Shown one piece after another: positions 9,806-19,055 of a DNA stretch of 64,000 nucleotides (its first letter is position 1; the number at the start of each line of letters is the position of its first letter). The translations under genes and the position numbers were made by a program. The DNA comes from Bacteroidota bacterium (lineage in GTDB: Bacteria; Bacillota; UBA4882; JAAYXC01), in NCBI GenBank assembly GCA_050260415.1, contig JBLNCE010000111.1, forward strand, positions 41,798 through 105,797, in the 5' to 3' direction. Below the pieces are notes generated by a model. It did not search any database, was not told the DNA's origin, and saw only the letters and a list, made by a program, of their open reading frames with translations.

Positions 9806-10902
9806 TCTGGAATACTGTGGTCGTAGGAGCAGGCGGTTGGGGTACCGCCCTGGCCAGATTACTCGCCTTGCGCGGCGAGACCGTGGGTCTATGGTGCCGC
9901 GAACCGGAAGTGGCCGAGGATATCCAGAAAAACCGGGTGAATCAGGCTTTCCTGCCGGGAGTCTCACTGCCGGACCGAGTATGCCCCTTTACTGAGCCGG
10001 GCAGGGCCAGTGGCGCAAAGACCTTCTTCATGGTCGTGCCGGTACAGCATATGCGCGCTGTATCAGGCCAATTCGCTCCCTACATCGGCGAGGACGCCGT
10101 CGTGGTCAACGGCGCAAAAGGCATCGAGATCGGCACCGGTTGCCGGCCGAGTGAGATACTCACGATGACTTTGGGGCGTGACAAAAGGATTCTTACCCTC
10201 TCCGGCCCCAGCCACGCCGAGGAAGTCGGCCGGGATCTGCCTTGCGCGGTGGTGGTTTCAGGGCGCTGGGTCCGCGTGAACCGATCCGTGCAGCACCTCT
10301 TGAACTGCGAAACCTTCAGGGTCTATACCTCACAGGACCAGGTGGGCGTGGAAATAGCCGGGGCATTGAAAAACGTCATTGCCCTGGCCGCCGGGATCGC
10401 GGAAGGGCTTGGATTCGGTGACAACACCATCGCCGCCCTGGCTACCCGCGGCCTGGCCGAGATCACCCATCTCGGCGAGGCGATGGGCGCTGATCCGTAT
10501 ACCTTTTCGGGTTTGGCCGGCATGGGCGATCTCTTCGCCACCCTCGCCAGCGAGCACAGCCGAAATCATTGGGCGGGCAGGGAAATCGGACGCGGCCGCT
10601 CGGTAGGGGAGCTTCAGGCTTCAACCAATATGGTGGTTGAAGGTATCCCAACGTGTCAAGCGGCGCTAACCCTCGCGGAGCGGTACCGGATGGAGATGCC
10701 AATCGTCGAACGGGTGGGAGCCGTGCTCTTTGGCGGGCAGGATCCACGCAGCGCGGTCGCTGATCTCATGCGGCGGGAGCCGAGCGCGGAGAGAATCCCG
10801 TGGTACAAGCGATGGCGTGGACGGCACGATAAGCCCAGCCGTTCCGGCCCCCTGGCAAGCGTGCGGCGCCGTTACCGGCGATACCGCAGCAGAGCGCGAT
10901 AG
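9802..10902 (+). CDS. gpsA: NAD(P)H-dependent glycerol-3-phosphate dehydrogenase GpsA
   Basis: GAGGWGTALA Rossmann motif and GALKNVIALAAGI. ATGA overlap with plsY. Carries an unusual Arg-rich C-terminal tail. Confidence 0.9.
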   Translation: MIWNTVVVGAGGWGTALARLLALRGETVGLWCREPEVAEDIQKNRVNQAFLPGVSLPDRVCPFTEPGRASGAKTFFMVVPVQHMRAVSGQFAPYIGEDAVVVNGAKGIEIGTGCRPSEILTMTLGRDKRILTLSGPSHAEEVGRDLPCAVVVSGRWVRVNRSVQHLLNCETFRVYTSQDQVGVEIAGALKNVIALAAGIAEGLGFGDNTIAALATRGLAEITHLGEAMGADPYTFSGLAGMGDLFATLASEHSRNHWAGREIGRGRSVGELQASTNMVVEGIPTCQAALTLAERYRMEMPIVERVGAVLFGGQDPRSAVADLMRREPSAERIPWYKRWRGRHDKPSRSGPLASVRRRYRRYRSRAR

Positions 10903-10908
10903 AAACAA

Positions 10909-10933
10909 AGACGCCCCGAGAGAGGGGCGTTTG
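10909..10933 (+). terminator. intrinsic terminator after gpsA
   Basis: ACGCCCC-GAGAGA-GGGGCGT followed by TTTG. Confidence 0.5.
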
Positions 10934-11003
10934 CACGCGCACGAGATTTGCTTCCACGCAATGCTTGTTTGCGGGAGCTACCGGACAGTATGGGTAATCA
11001 AGG

Positions 11004-11033
11004 ACATATCCACCGCGACCCCCCCATATACAT
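11004..11033 (+). promoter_or_regulatory. mother-cell (sigma-E-like) promoter candidate upstream of spoIVA
   Basis: ACATATC, 14 nt, CATATACAT resembles the sigma-E consensus (kmATATT-N14-CATACAmT). It is an imperfect match, about 155 nt upstream of the spoIVA start. Confidence 0.3.
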
Positions 11034-11189
11034 TTACTGTTATGTTGGGGCTTGGGCTGGTCCGCTTGGGTGTGCGCTGAATGCCTCCAGTCGGGCACGT
11101 AGGATTCGTGCGCGGCGGCGGGCCAAGGACGGCGTTTTGCCGCTAGAAGCGGGTAGCCAAATTCGCCCACGAAGCGAGGGGGGTCGGGG

Positions 11190-12668
11190 GTGGAGAGATT
11201 TGACCTGTTTCGAGACATAGCCGACAGGACTGGGGGCGACATCTATATTGGGGTTGTCGGCCCGGTCCGCACCGGAAAGTCCACTCTGATCAAACGGCTC
11301 ATGGACCTTCTGGTTATTCCCAATATCACCAACGGTTATGACCGGCAACGCGCCACGGATGAATTGCCTCTGTCCGGTGCCGGGCGAATCATCACCACCA
11401 CGGAGCCGAAGTTCGTTCCCAACGAAGCGGTGGAGATTACGGTCGGAGAAAATGTGAACTTCCGCGTGCGCCTGGTCGACTGTGTGGGGTACGCGGTGGA
11501 AGGCGCCTCCGGCTACGCGGATGGGGCGGTGCCAAGGAAAGTTTTGACGCCTTGGGACGAACAGGAGATGACCTTCCAGCAGGCGGCCGAGATCGGTACC
11601 CGCAAAGTGATTACCGAGCATTCGACGATCGGCCTGGTGGTGATCACTGACGGCAGTATCACCGAGATCCCGCGGGGCAATTACCTGCCAGCGGAAGAAA
11701 GGGTCATTTCCGAGCTTCGTGAGCTTGGGAAACCGTTTGTGGTGATCCTCAACTCCGCGCATCCGCATCTGCCCGATACACAGAACCTCGCCATGACCCT
11801 GCAGGAGAAATACGGTCTACCGGTTCTCCCGATGGATTGTGCCCAGATGGGGCAGGCGGAGATCGCCTCCATCTTCAGCCAGATTCTCTATATGTTCCCG
11901 GTCCGGGAAGTCAATGTGGACTTTCCGCGGTGGATCGAGGAATTGGAACCGGGGCATTGGCTCCGGTCGCAGATCGAGGAGGCTGTCTTCGCGGCGGTGG
12001 CGGGCATCGATCGCATGCGGGACCTCGATCGCGCGATTGCCGTCTTGCGCGAGAAGGATATCCTGTCGGGAGTGGAGTTGAAACGTGTCGCCATGGGTGA
12101 AGGCGCGGCCTGGATAGTCCTCCAGACCGAACAAACGCTTTTCTACAAGATCCTTGGCGAGGTAAGCGGACTGCCTTTGGAAGCCGATGAAGACCTGCTG
12201 CGTACCCTCCGCGATCTGTCACGAAGCAAACGGGCTTATGACAAGGTCGCCGCGGCACTGGCCGAAGTGGAAACAGACGGTTACGGGGTCGTAATGCCGA
12301 ACCTCGAGGACATCAGTTTTGCCGAACCCGAGTTGATCAGACAGGGCAGCCGTTTCGGGGTCCGGCTCCGCGCCAGCGCGCCGTCCATACACATGATCAA
12401 AGCGGAGATAGTGTCCGAGGTCACACCGGTGGTCGGGACCGAACGCCAGGGCGAGCAGTTCGTCCGCTTCTTATCCGAAGAATTCACGAAGGATCCCAAC
12501 CGGATCTGGCAGTCCGATTTTCTCGGCAAGTCCTTGCACGACCTGGTGACCGAGGGTATCCACAGCAAACTGCAGAAGATGCCGGAGAACGCCAGGGTCA
12601 AACTCCGCGAGGCATTGACGAAGATTGCCAATGAAGGGAGCGGCGGCCTGGTCTGTATCATCCTTTAG
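11190..12668 (+). CDS. spoIVA: stage IV sporulation protein A (spore coat basement-layer ATPase)
   Basis: The N-terminus MERFDLFRDIADRTGGDIYIGVVGPVRTGKSTLIKR and the 492-aa length are diagnostic. Confidence 0.95.
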   Translation: MERFDLFRDIADRTGGDIYIGVVGPVRTGKSTLIKRLMDLLVIPNITNGYDRQRATDELPLSGAGRIITTTEPKFVPNEAVEITVGENVNFRVRLVDCVGYAVEGASGYADGAVPRKVLTPWDEQEMTFQQAAEIGTRKVITEHSTIGLVVITDGSITEIPRGNYLPAEERVISELRELGKPFVVILNSAHPHLPDTQNLAMTLQEKYGLPVLPMDCAQMGQAEIASIFSQILYMFPVREVNVDFPRWIEELEPGHWLRSQIEEAVFAAVAGIDRMRDLDRAIAVLREKDILSGVELKRVAMGEGAAWIVLQTEQTLFYKILGEVSGLPLEADEDLLRTLRDLSRSKRAYDKVAAALAEVETDGYGVVMPNLEDISFAEPELIRQGSRFGVRLRASAPSIHMIKAEIVSEVTPVVGTERQGEQFVRFLSEEFTKDPNRIWQSDFLGKSLHDLVTEGIHSKLQKMPENARVKLREALTKIANEGSGGLVCIIL

Positions 12669-12734
12669 CAGTATCCACCCCGGCATTCCGCCGGGACAAC
12701 AAAGGATGAAAGATGAGACGGCTTCTGATTTGCC

Positions 12735-12796
12735 AACTCACCCCCGCCCTACGGGCACCCCCTCTCTTAGCTTAGAGAGGGGGACGGGGGTGAGTT
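12735..12796 (+). repeat. REP-like nested palindromic element, copy A
   Basis: Outer stem AACTCACCCCCG/CGGGGGTGAGTT, inner stem CCCCCTCTCT/AGAGAGGGGG, and a CCCTACGGG mini-hairpin. An inverted copy lies at 50073-50135. Confidence 0.6.
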
Positions 12797-13171
12797 TGAT
12801 GTCGTTCTCTACCAGTCTGCTTCAAAACCAGGTTCAGGAAGAAACCTGAGAATGTCCGCCCAGGTTAGGGCAAGAACCCTTCGTCAGATTGGGGCGCCGG
12901 TGCATCCGGCGCTTTGCTGTTATCGCAGGCTTGTCGGGTCGACGAATACCGTGTATCACCAGTGGTGTAAATCAAACTGCCTCTAGCTGGGAAGATGACA
13001 GAAACACCGACGAAGACTGGCTTGAACGCGTTTTTTTTGGGGTTAAAAGCAGGAGATCGGGGAACCATCTAGAATTAGTCAAACCGAAGGTAGCAACATC
13101 CAGTTACCGCAAGGTTTTCGGGATGCACGGCTCGCCCCGACCACAGCGCTCATGGAAGGAGGTGAAACGGA

Positions 13172-13450
13172 GTGACCAAGACCGAACTTATTGACAAGGT
13201 AGCGGAAAAGAGCGGCTTGACAAAGAAGGACTCGGGCAAGGCCATCGACGCCATGATCGGAACCATGACCGCGGCATTGGCCAAGAACGAAAAGGTCCAG
13301 TTGGTTGGCTTCGGCAGCTTTGAGGTTCGTAAGCGTGAAGCGCGCAAGGGCCGCAACCCCCAGACGGGTGCCGAAATCAAGATTGCTGCCCGCAAGGTTC
13401 CAGTCTTCAAGGCCGGCAAGGCCCTGAAGGATGCGGTGGCCAAGAAGTAG
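13172..13450 (+). CDS. hup: HU family DNA-binding protein
   Basis: [20 protein letters not shown]...[33 protein letters not shown] lies 6 nt before GTG. Confidence 0.95.
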   Translation: MTKTELIDKVAEKSGLTKKDSGKAIDAMIGTMTAALAKNEKVQLVGFGSFEVRKREARKGRNPQTGAEIKIAARKVPVFKAGKALKDAVAKK

Positions 13451-13498
13451 TATCTTTGAAAGCATCATGTAAGTTTATCTCCCGTATGGGGGACAGTG

Positions 13499-13535
13499 CA
13501 AGCCCTTCAGTGCATGCTGGAGGGCTTGGATTTTT
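13499..13535 (+). terminator. intrinsic terminator after hup
   Basis: CAAGCCCT...AGGGCTTG stem followed by GATTTTT. Confidence 0.6.
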
Positions 13536-13564
13536 GGACTTGTTGCGTTCCTGTCACGCATCTA

Positions 13565-13573
13565 TGCTATAAT
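13565..13573 (+). promoter_or_regulatory. extended -10 element (TGcTATAAT) upstream of lepB
   Basis: A perfect TATAAT with an upstream TG. The -35 (TTGCGT, 19-nt spacer) is weak. Confidence 0.45.
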
Positions 13574-13607
13574 TGATTGCGTATTGAGAGGCGAAGGAGT
13601 GTCCCTG

Positions 13608-14195
13608 TTGGAAAAGAAGAAGACTACCTGCGGCAGACAGTCTTCAACGCCAAAAGCCAAGCCCAAGAAGAGTTTCCTTCGCGACATGCTGGAGGTAATC
13701 ATCCCGGCGGTCTTGATCTTCCTTGTGGTCAGGACGTTCTTTTTCGAGTCGCGCTGGGTGCCTTCCCCATCCATGGTACCCACCATCGAGGAACGCGACC
13801 GCTTCCTGGAAAACAAGCTGGTATACAGATTCCGTACCCCCCGCAGGGGCGAGATCGTCGTCTTTCATCCACCGGCGGCCGCCCTGGTTGGCTCGGTAAG
13901 AAAAGATGACTTCGTCAAGCGCGTGATCGGCCTGCCGGGCGAGACGATTGACATCCGGGATGGCAGAGTCTACATCAATGGCAAACTGCTCCCCGAACCG
14001 TATGTACCCGAGGATGAGATGGATTACCTCGATTTTGGTCCGTTTTCCGTACCCGAGGGACATCTGTTCATGCTCGGCGATAACCGGCGGCAAAGCCGCG
14101 ACAGCAGGTACTGGGGGTATCTGCCGCTCAAGAACGTGGACGGTAAAGCAATGTGGCGTTTTTGGCCGCTCAACCGCATCTCCATCCTGCGGTAA
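13608..14195 (+). CDS. lepB: signal peptidase I
   Basis: SPSMVPT (catalytic Ser box), KRVIGLPGE and GDNRRQSRDSRYWG boxes. TTG at 13608 lies 8 nt after AAGGAG. The track start is 13584. Confidence 0.85.
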   Translation: MEKKKTTCGRQSSTPKAKPKKSFLRDMLEVIIPAVLIFLVVRTFFFESRWVPSPSMVPTIEERDRFLENKLVYRFRTPRRGEIVVFHPPAAALVGSVRKDDFVKRVIGLPGETIDIRDGRVYINGKLLPEPYVPEDEMDYLDFGPFSVPEGHLFMLGDNRRQSRDSRYWGYLPLKNVDGKAMWRFWPLNRISILR

Positions 14196-14204
14196 GGACG
14201 AAGG

Positions 14205-16112
14205 ATGCCAATTCTAAATCTGACAGGTCTGGAAAAATATTATGGGGCGATGCGCGTTTTTTCCGGGGTCGACCTGGAGATCGAGGCCGGACAAAAGCTG
14301 GCCCTGGTCGGACGCAACGGATGCGGGAAGACCACCTTGCTCCGGATCGCCGCCGGTCTCGAGCAGCCGGATCGCGGGGAGGTCGCGCTGGCCCGCGGCA
14401 TGCAGGTCGCTCTCCTGGCGCAGACTTTTCAATGCCAAGACCGGGGCAACTCCCTCTGGACCGAGATGGAGATCCTCTTCGCGGACTTGCTTGCCCTTAC
14501 AAAAGACCTTGAAGAGGCGGCCGCGGCCATCGCAAGCGGGCGCGCAGGCGCCATGGAGCGCTACGCCGCTCTGCAGGAAGAGTGCGAGCGGCGCGGCGGT
14601 TACGCCTTTCAGCCGCGCATCGAAAAAGTTCTGCGCGGCTTGGGTTTTACCGAGGAAGACTGGGTCAAACCAGTGGGGGTCTTGAGCGGCGGTGAGATGA
14701 CGCGGGCCGCTTTGGCCAGAATGCTCCTCCGCGAGCCCGACCTTATATTGCTTGACGAGCCCACAAACCACCTCGATCTCTGGGCCGTGTCCTGGCTCGA
14801 AGAGTATCTGGCCGCATACAAGGGCGCTGTTCTCGTCGTTTCCCACGATCGTTACTTCCTCGACCGCGTGGCGCAGGGCGTATACGAACTCGCCGGCGGC
14901 CGGGTCCGGTATTATCGCGGTAATTATTCCAGTTACCGCGAAGCGAAAGCCGCCGAGCAACACGCCCTCGACCGTGCCAGGGAGGCCCAGGAGAGGGAGA
15001 TCGCCCGCAAAGAACGATTGGTGCGCGAGGCGGCCGCCGATGAAAGAAGCAAGAGGCAGGCGCGGAGTATCGCCAAGAGCTTGGCGCGCATGGAGCCCTT
15101 GGCTACGCCGGCGCGCGAGGAACCGAGGATGAGACTGGAACTCGCCCCGACGGTCAAGGGCGGACGCAACGTAATGACCGTGGCGGGCCTCAGCAAGAGC
15201 TACGCGGGACAGACCGTTCTGCGGGAAGTCTCCTTCGGCTTGGCATACGGAGAAAAAGTCGGCATCATCGGTCCGAACGGCGCCGGGAAGACGACTCTCC
15301 TCCGCCTTCTCCTCGGGCATGAAAAAGCGGATCGCGGTTCGATCCAGATCGGTTATAACACGCAAATAGAGTATTTCGCGCAGGAAGAGCAGGAAGAAAC
15401 GTGGCGGGGGAGCGGGACGGTCTTTTCGGCCGTACAGGATGCCGGCGCGGGCGACAATCTCGCCACACGCAGCCATTTGGCCCGTTTTCTTTTCCGGGGC
15501 GAGGAAGTCTGGAAGAACGTGAAGGATTTGAGCGGCGGGGAACGCAGGCGGTTGGCCCTGGCGGTCTTGACCCTGTCGCGCGCCAATTGCCTCCTGCTCG
15601 ATGAACCCACGAACCACCTCGACCTCCCTTCGCTCGAGGCGCTTGAGGAGGCCATCAGGCACTTTCCCGGTACAATATTGGTCGTCTCCCACGACCGTTA
15701 TTTTCTTGGCCGCATCGCGGACCGGTTGTTGGCCCTCGTCGATGGACGGCTGCTTCCGTTTGGCGGCTATGCGGAGTTTGCCGCCTGGCATGCCGCCGAG
15801 GAAGCGCGGTTGGCCGAGGCCCGCGCCAGAGAGGTCGAGATGCGGCGCGAGCAACAAAGGCGTGAGCGCGTAATGCGCCAGCAGCCGCGCAAGGAAGAAC
15901 GTCAACGCGCCAAAGCCTTAGCGGAAATCGAGTCGGCGCTCGCAAGTAAAGAAGAAGCACGCGCCGCGCTGATGCAGGAGATCGCCCGCCCGGAAATCGC
16001 GCGCGACTTCGCCGCCTTGCGGGAACTCTCCACGCGCCTTGCCGATCTGGAGCGGGAGCTTGCCGAGCTCTATGAGGAATGGGGGACGGTAGCGGATGGG
16101 TCCCAAACATAA
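14205..16112 (+). CDS. ABC-F family ATPase (two ABC domains, no TMD; translation-factor type)
   Basis: Two Walker A motifs (GRNGCGKTT, GPNGAGKTT), two LSGGE signatures, and an Arg/Glu-rich linker and C-terminal coiled coil. Confidence 0.9.
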   Translation: MPILNLTGLEKYYGAMRVFSGVDLEIEAGQKLALVGRNGCGKTTLLRIAAGLEQPDRGEVALARGMQVALLAQTFQCQDRGNSLWTEMEILFADLLALTKDLEEAAAAIASGRAGAMERYAALQEECERRGGYAFQPRIEKVLRGLGFTEEDWVKPVGVLSGGEMTRAALARMLLREPDLILLDEPTNHLDLWAVSWLEEYLAAYKGAVLVVSHDRYFLDRVAQGVYELAGGRVRYYRGNYSSYREAKAAEQHALDRAREAQEREIARKERLVREAAADERSKRQARSIAKSLARMEPLATPAREEPRMRLELAPTVKGGRNVMTVAGLSKSYAGQTVLREVSFGLAYGEKVGIIGPNGAGKTTLLRLLLGHEKADRGSIQIGYNTQIEYFAQEEQEETWRGSGTVFSAVQDAGAGDNLATRSHLARFLFRGEEVWKNVKDLSGGERRRLALAVLTLSRANCLLLDEPTNHLDLPSLEALEEAIRHFPGTILVVSHDRYFLGRIADRLLALVDGRLLPFGGYAEFAAWHAAEEARLAEARAREVEMRREQQRRERVMRQQPRKEERQRAKALAEIESALASKEEARAALMQEIARPEIARDFAALRELSTRLADLERELAELYEEWGTVADGSQT

Positions 16113-16680
16113 CGTACGGCATGAAAGCTTGCTGGAGCTGCGCCTGCCTTTACCTGACGACCTATCCTTCCTGCATGCCGGCGATCGGTTGCTGCTGAGC
16201 GGGCCGTTGCTCACGGCGCGGGACGCGGCGCACCGGAGATTGGTGGAGACGTGGGCGCGCGGGCAGGAGGCCCCCTTTAGCGTCGCGGGCGAAACCGTAT
16301 ACTATGTCGGGCCTTGCCCAGCCCCCCCGGATTGGATTATCGGTTCGGCCGGGCCGACCACGAGCGGACGCATGGATCGTTATACGCCGGCTTTGTTGGC
16401 TCACGGCCTGCGCGGCATGATCGGCAAAGGTCAACGGAGCCGTGAAGTCATAGAGGCCATCGCGGCCAAAGGCGCCGTGTACTTCGCCGCGCTTGGCGGG
16501 GCGGGGGCATTGATCGCCAAGACCATCAAGCGAGTGGAGGAAGTGGCCTATCCCGACCTGGGTCCGGAGGCCGTGCGCAGGCTCTGGGTGATGGATCTGC
16601 CGGTAATCGTGGCCGTGGATCCGAGTGGCCGCGATCTGTACCAGGAGGGGCCGCGCGCTTACGCACGGACGACCGACTAG
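16096..16680 (+). CDS. Fe-S hydro-lyase beta-type subunit (class I fumarate hydratase / tartrate dehydratase C-terminal domain)
   Basis: GPLLTARDAAHRRL, SAGPTTSGRMD, GMIGKG and VYFAALGGAGAL match the FumA C-terminal/TtdB family. No alpha subunit is adjacent. Confidence 0.75.
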   Translation: MGPKHNVRHESLLELRLPLPDDLSFLHAGDRLLLSGPLLTARDAAHRRLVETWARGQEAPFSVAGETVYYVGPCPAPPDWIIGSAGPTTSGRMDRYTPALLAHGLRGMIGKGQRSREVIEAIAAKGAVYFAALGGAGALIAKTIKRVEEVAYPDLGPEAVRRLWVMDLPVIVAVDPSGRDLYQEGPRAYARTTD

Positions 16681-16728
16681 AGATGTTTAGCTTAATCTGC
16701 CGCGCAGGCGCCGGGGGGAGGGCAAGAG

Positions 16729-17637
16729 ATGATCGTCAGTCTCGATCGCGCCGCCTATTTCGCCCCGCGTGGTAAACACCGGTTGACGCTCCTGGGGAAT
16801 ATCATCGCGCAGCGTTACCTGAACCCGGAGGACAGGTTGATTGGCCTGATCGGGGAGGGCGGCGCGGGCAAATCTCTCTTGATCCGGGGCATCTTCCCCG
16901 GTCTGGTCTTGACGAATGATGACGATGGGGTCAACGTCCGCCCGCTGCCGATCTTGCAGGACTACGAAGACGGCAACTTCCGCACGCATACCTACCACCT
17001 CGACGCCCGTTTCGAACTGGCTTTCATTCAGGCCTGGCGGTTGGCCGACGCGATCGCTCAGGCTGTGCAACGCGGTAAACGCGTGGTTGTCGAACATTTT
17101 GAACTGCTCTATCCCCTCATCGGCATGAACGCCGAACTCCTGATCGGCATCGGTGAGGACGTGGTCGTGGTCAGGCCGAGCATCTTCGGCCCGGATCCGC
17201 ATGAACTGGCCCGCGAGGTCTTCGCGACCATCGCTTACCGGCGCATGGCGCATTCGGCCGAGGATCTGACATCGATCGTCCTCGAGCAGATGGGGTTGGC
17301 GCGGCCGGAAATACACAGCGACGTCAAACGGGGATTTGTCCTGGAATTCGCCGTCAAACCCGAGGTAGACCTGGCGGCGGTCGAAGAAAAGGTTCGGGAA
17401 TTCATCGAGCGTGATGCGCGGATCGCCTACCACGACGATGAACATATTCGGGTGGATGACCTCGTCTACCCATGTTCCGGCCCCCGGATCCATGTGCGCC
17501 GGGCGGGTGAGATCAAGGGCTTCAGGCTCCTGTCCGAGTTCCGCTACTGCCCCTTCTCCCGTCTCTACCTGTTAGCCGGCCTCGTGGGGACGGGGGAAGA
17601 ACCTGAACATGAGGCTTTGGACCCGGGGGAAAGCTAG
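16729..17637 (+). CDS. uncharacterised P-loop protein
   Basis: Walker A-like GEGGAGKS at residues 42-49. The 302-aa ORF has a coding-like composition. The competing antisense ORF 16687-17493 has no motifs. Confidence 0.6.
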   Translation: MIVSLDRAAYFAPRGKHRLTLLGNIIAQRYLNPEDRLIGLIGEGGAGKSLLIRGIFPGLVLTNDDDGVNVRPLPILQDYEDGNFRTHTYHLDARFELAFIQAWRLADAIAQAVQRGKRVVVEHFELLYPLIGMNAELLIGIGEDVVVVRPSIFGPDPHELAREVFATIAYRRMAHSAEDLTSIVLEQMGLARPEIHSDVKRGFVLEFAVKPEVDLAAVEEKVREFIERDARIAYHDDEHIRVDDLVYPCSGPRIHVRRAGEIKGFRLLSEFRYCPFSRLYLLAGLVGTGEEPEHEALDPGES

Positions 17638-17676
17638 AACGGTTTGGTTTGGTGCGAGATGGGGAGGAATGGCGTC

Positions 17677-18444
17677 GTGAGATTGGATGGCCGCGAGCAC
17701 GACCAGCTACGGCCGGTGCGCGTGAGTCCGGGCTACCTGAAATACCCCGAGGGTTCCGTCCTGATCGAAGTGGGAGAGACCAAAGTCATCTGCACCGCCA
17801 CGGTGGAAGAAAAAGTCCCGCTTTGGCTGCGCGGTTCCGGACAAGGGTGGGTGACGGCGGAATACGCCATGCTGCCCAGGGCGACGCCGCAGCGCAACGT
17901 GCGGGAGGTCAACAAAGGCAAGCAGACCGGACGCACCATGGAGATACAGCGTTTGGTGGGCCGTTCCCTGCGCTCGGTGGTGGACCTTACGGCCTTGGGG
18001 GACCGCACCGTCTGGCTCGACTGCGACGTGATCCAAGCCGACGGCGGCACACGCACGGCCGCGGTAACGGGTGCGTTTATCGCGCTGGTCGAGGCGTTGC
18101 ATAAAGTCATCCCGGGCCAGGAACCCTTGCCTGTCTATGATTTTCTTGCCGCGACAAGCGTAGGACTCCTCAACGGGGAGCCCTTGTTGGATCTCTGTTA
18201 TGCGGAAGATTCGCGCGTGCAGGTGGACATGAACGTGGTCATGACGGGTGCCGGCCGGATCGTTGAGATCCAAGGCACCGCGGAGGGAGCGCCCTTTAGC
18301 CGGGCCGAGATGATGTCGATGATGTCCATCGCCGAAAAGGGCTTGGCCCAATTGACCGCGATCCAACGCCAAGCCATCGGCGGTTACGCGGATCGGATCG
18401 GGAGGTGGTCCAGTGAAAAGACTCGTCCTGGCAACGAGGAATGA
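17677..18444 (+). CDS. rph: ribonuclease PH
   Basis: [29 protein letters not shown] and [18 protein letters not shown] at 17677 lies 8 nt after GGGGAGGA. Confidence 0.9.
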   Translation: MRLDGREHDQLRPVRVSPGYLKYPEGSVLIEVGETKVICTATVEEKVPLWLRGSGQGWVTAEYAMLPRATPQRNVREVNKGKQTGRTMEIQRLVGRSLRSVVDLTALGDRTVWLDCDVIQADGGTRTAAVTGAFIALVEALHKVIPGQEPLPVYDFLAATSVGLLNGEPLLDLCYAEDSRVQVDMNVVMTGAGRIVEIQGTAEGAPFSRAEMMSMMSIAEKGLAQLTAIQRQAIGGYADRIGRWSSEKTRPGNEE

Positions 18445-19015
18445 GGGCAAGATCCAAGAGGTGCGGCAGCTTCTCGCCGGACTGGACCTTGAAGTGGTTG
18501 CTCTGAGCGCTTATCCGGACGCGCCGCAAGTCCCTGAAGACGGAGAGACTTTTGCGGAAAACGCCAGGGAGAAAGCCCTGGCCACCGCCGCTCATACAAG
18601 AGAATGGGCCCTGGCCGACGATTCCGGCCTCGAGGTGGACGCGCTCAAAGGCGCCCCCGGCGTCCACTCCGCCCGTTACGCGGGTCATCACGGCGATGAC
18701 GAGGGAAATATCAAGAAGCTGCTTGCGGAGTTGAGGGATGTGCCAGGGGACCGGCGGACGGCACGTTTCTTCTGCGCCCTCGCCTTGGCCTCGCCGGATG
18801 GGGCGCTCATCACGGCGGAAGGGGAATGCAGGGGCCGGATTGGCTATGGCCCCAAGGGCGCGAACGGCTTCGGCTACGACCCGGTCTTTTTTGTGCCCGC
18901 GTACGGGCGGATGATGGCGGAACTGTCAGACGAAGAAAAGAACCGTATCAGCCATCGGGGACGCGCGCTCCTGAAGATGCGCCCGCTTATCATTGAGCAC
19001 TTGATAGAAGTGTGA
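18413..19015 (+). CDS. rdgB: dITP/XTP pyrophosphatase (RdgB/HAM1)
   Basis: [32 protein letters not shown] and GFGYDPVF. Confidence 0.9.
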   Translation: MKRLVLATRNEGKIQEVRQLLAGLDLEVVALSAYPDAPQVPEDGETFAENAREKALATAAHTREWALADDSGLEVDALKGAPGVHSARYAGHHGDDEGNIKKLLAELRDVPGDRRTARFFCALALASPDGALITAEGECRGRIGYGPKGANGFGYDPVFFVPAYGRMMAELSDEEKNRISHRGRALLKMRPLIIEHLIEV

Positions 19016-19055
19016 AGCCATACAGTCGGCAATCATTTAACTCTTGGGGGTTGCC

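Noticed and set aside
12697-12770. 20-codon ORF (MRRLLICQLTPALRAPPLLA) after spoIVA
   Set aside because: It reads through the REP-like palindrome and its sequence is dictated by the repeat. There is no independent coding evidence.
14214-15905. 563-aa ORF antisense to the ABC-F gene
   Set aside because: It lies fully inside a gene with unmistakable ABC motifs on the + strand. Its translation is Arg/Gly/Pro-rich with no motifs. This is a typical high-G+C antisense open frame.
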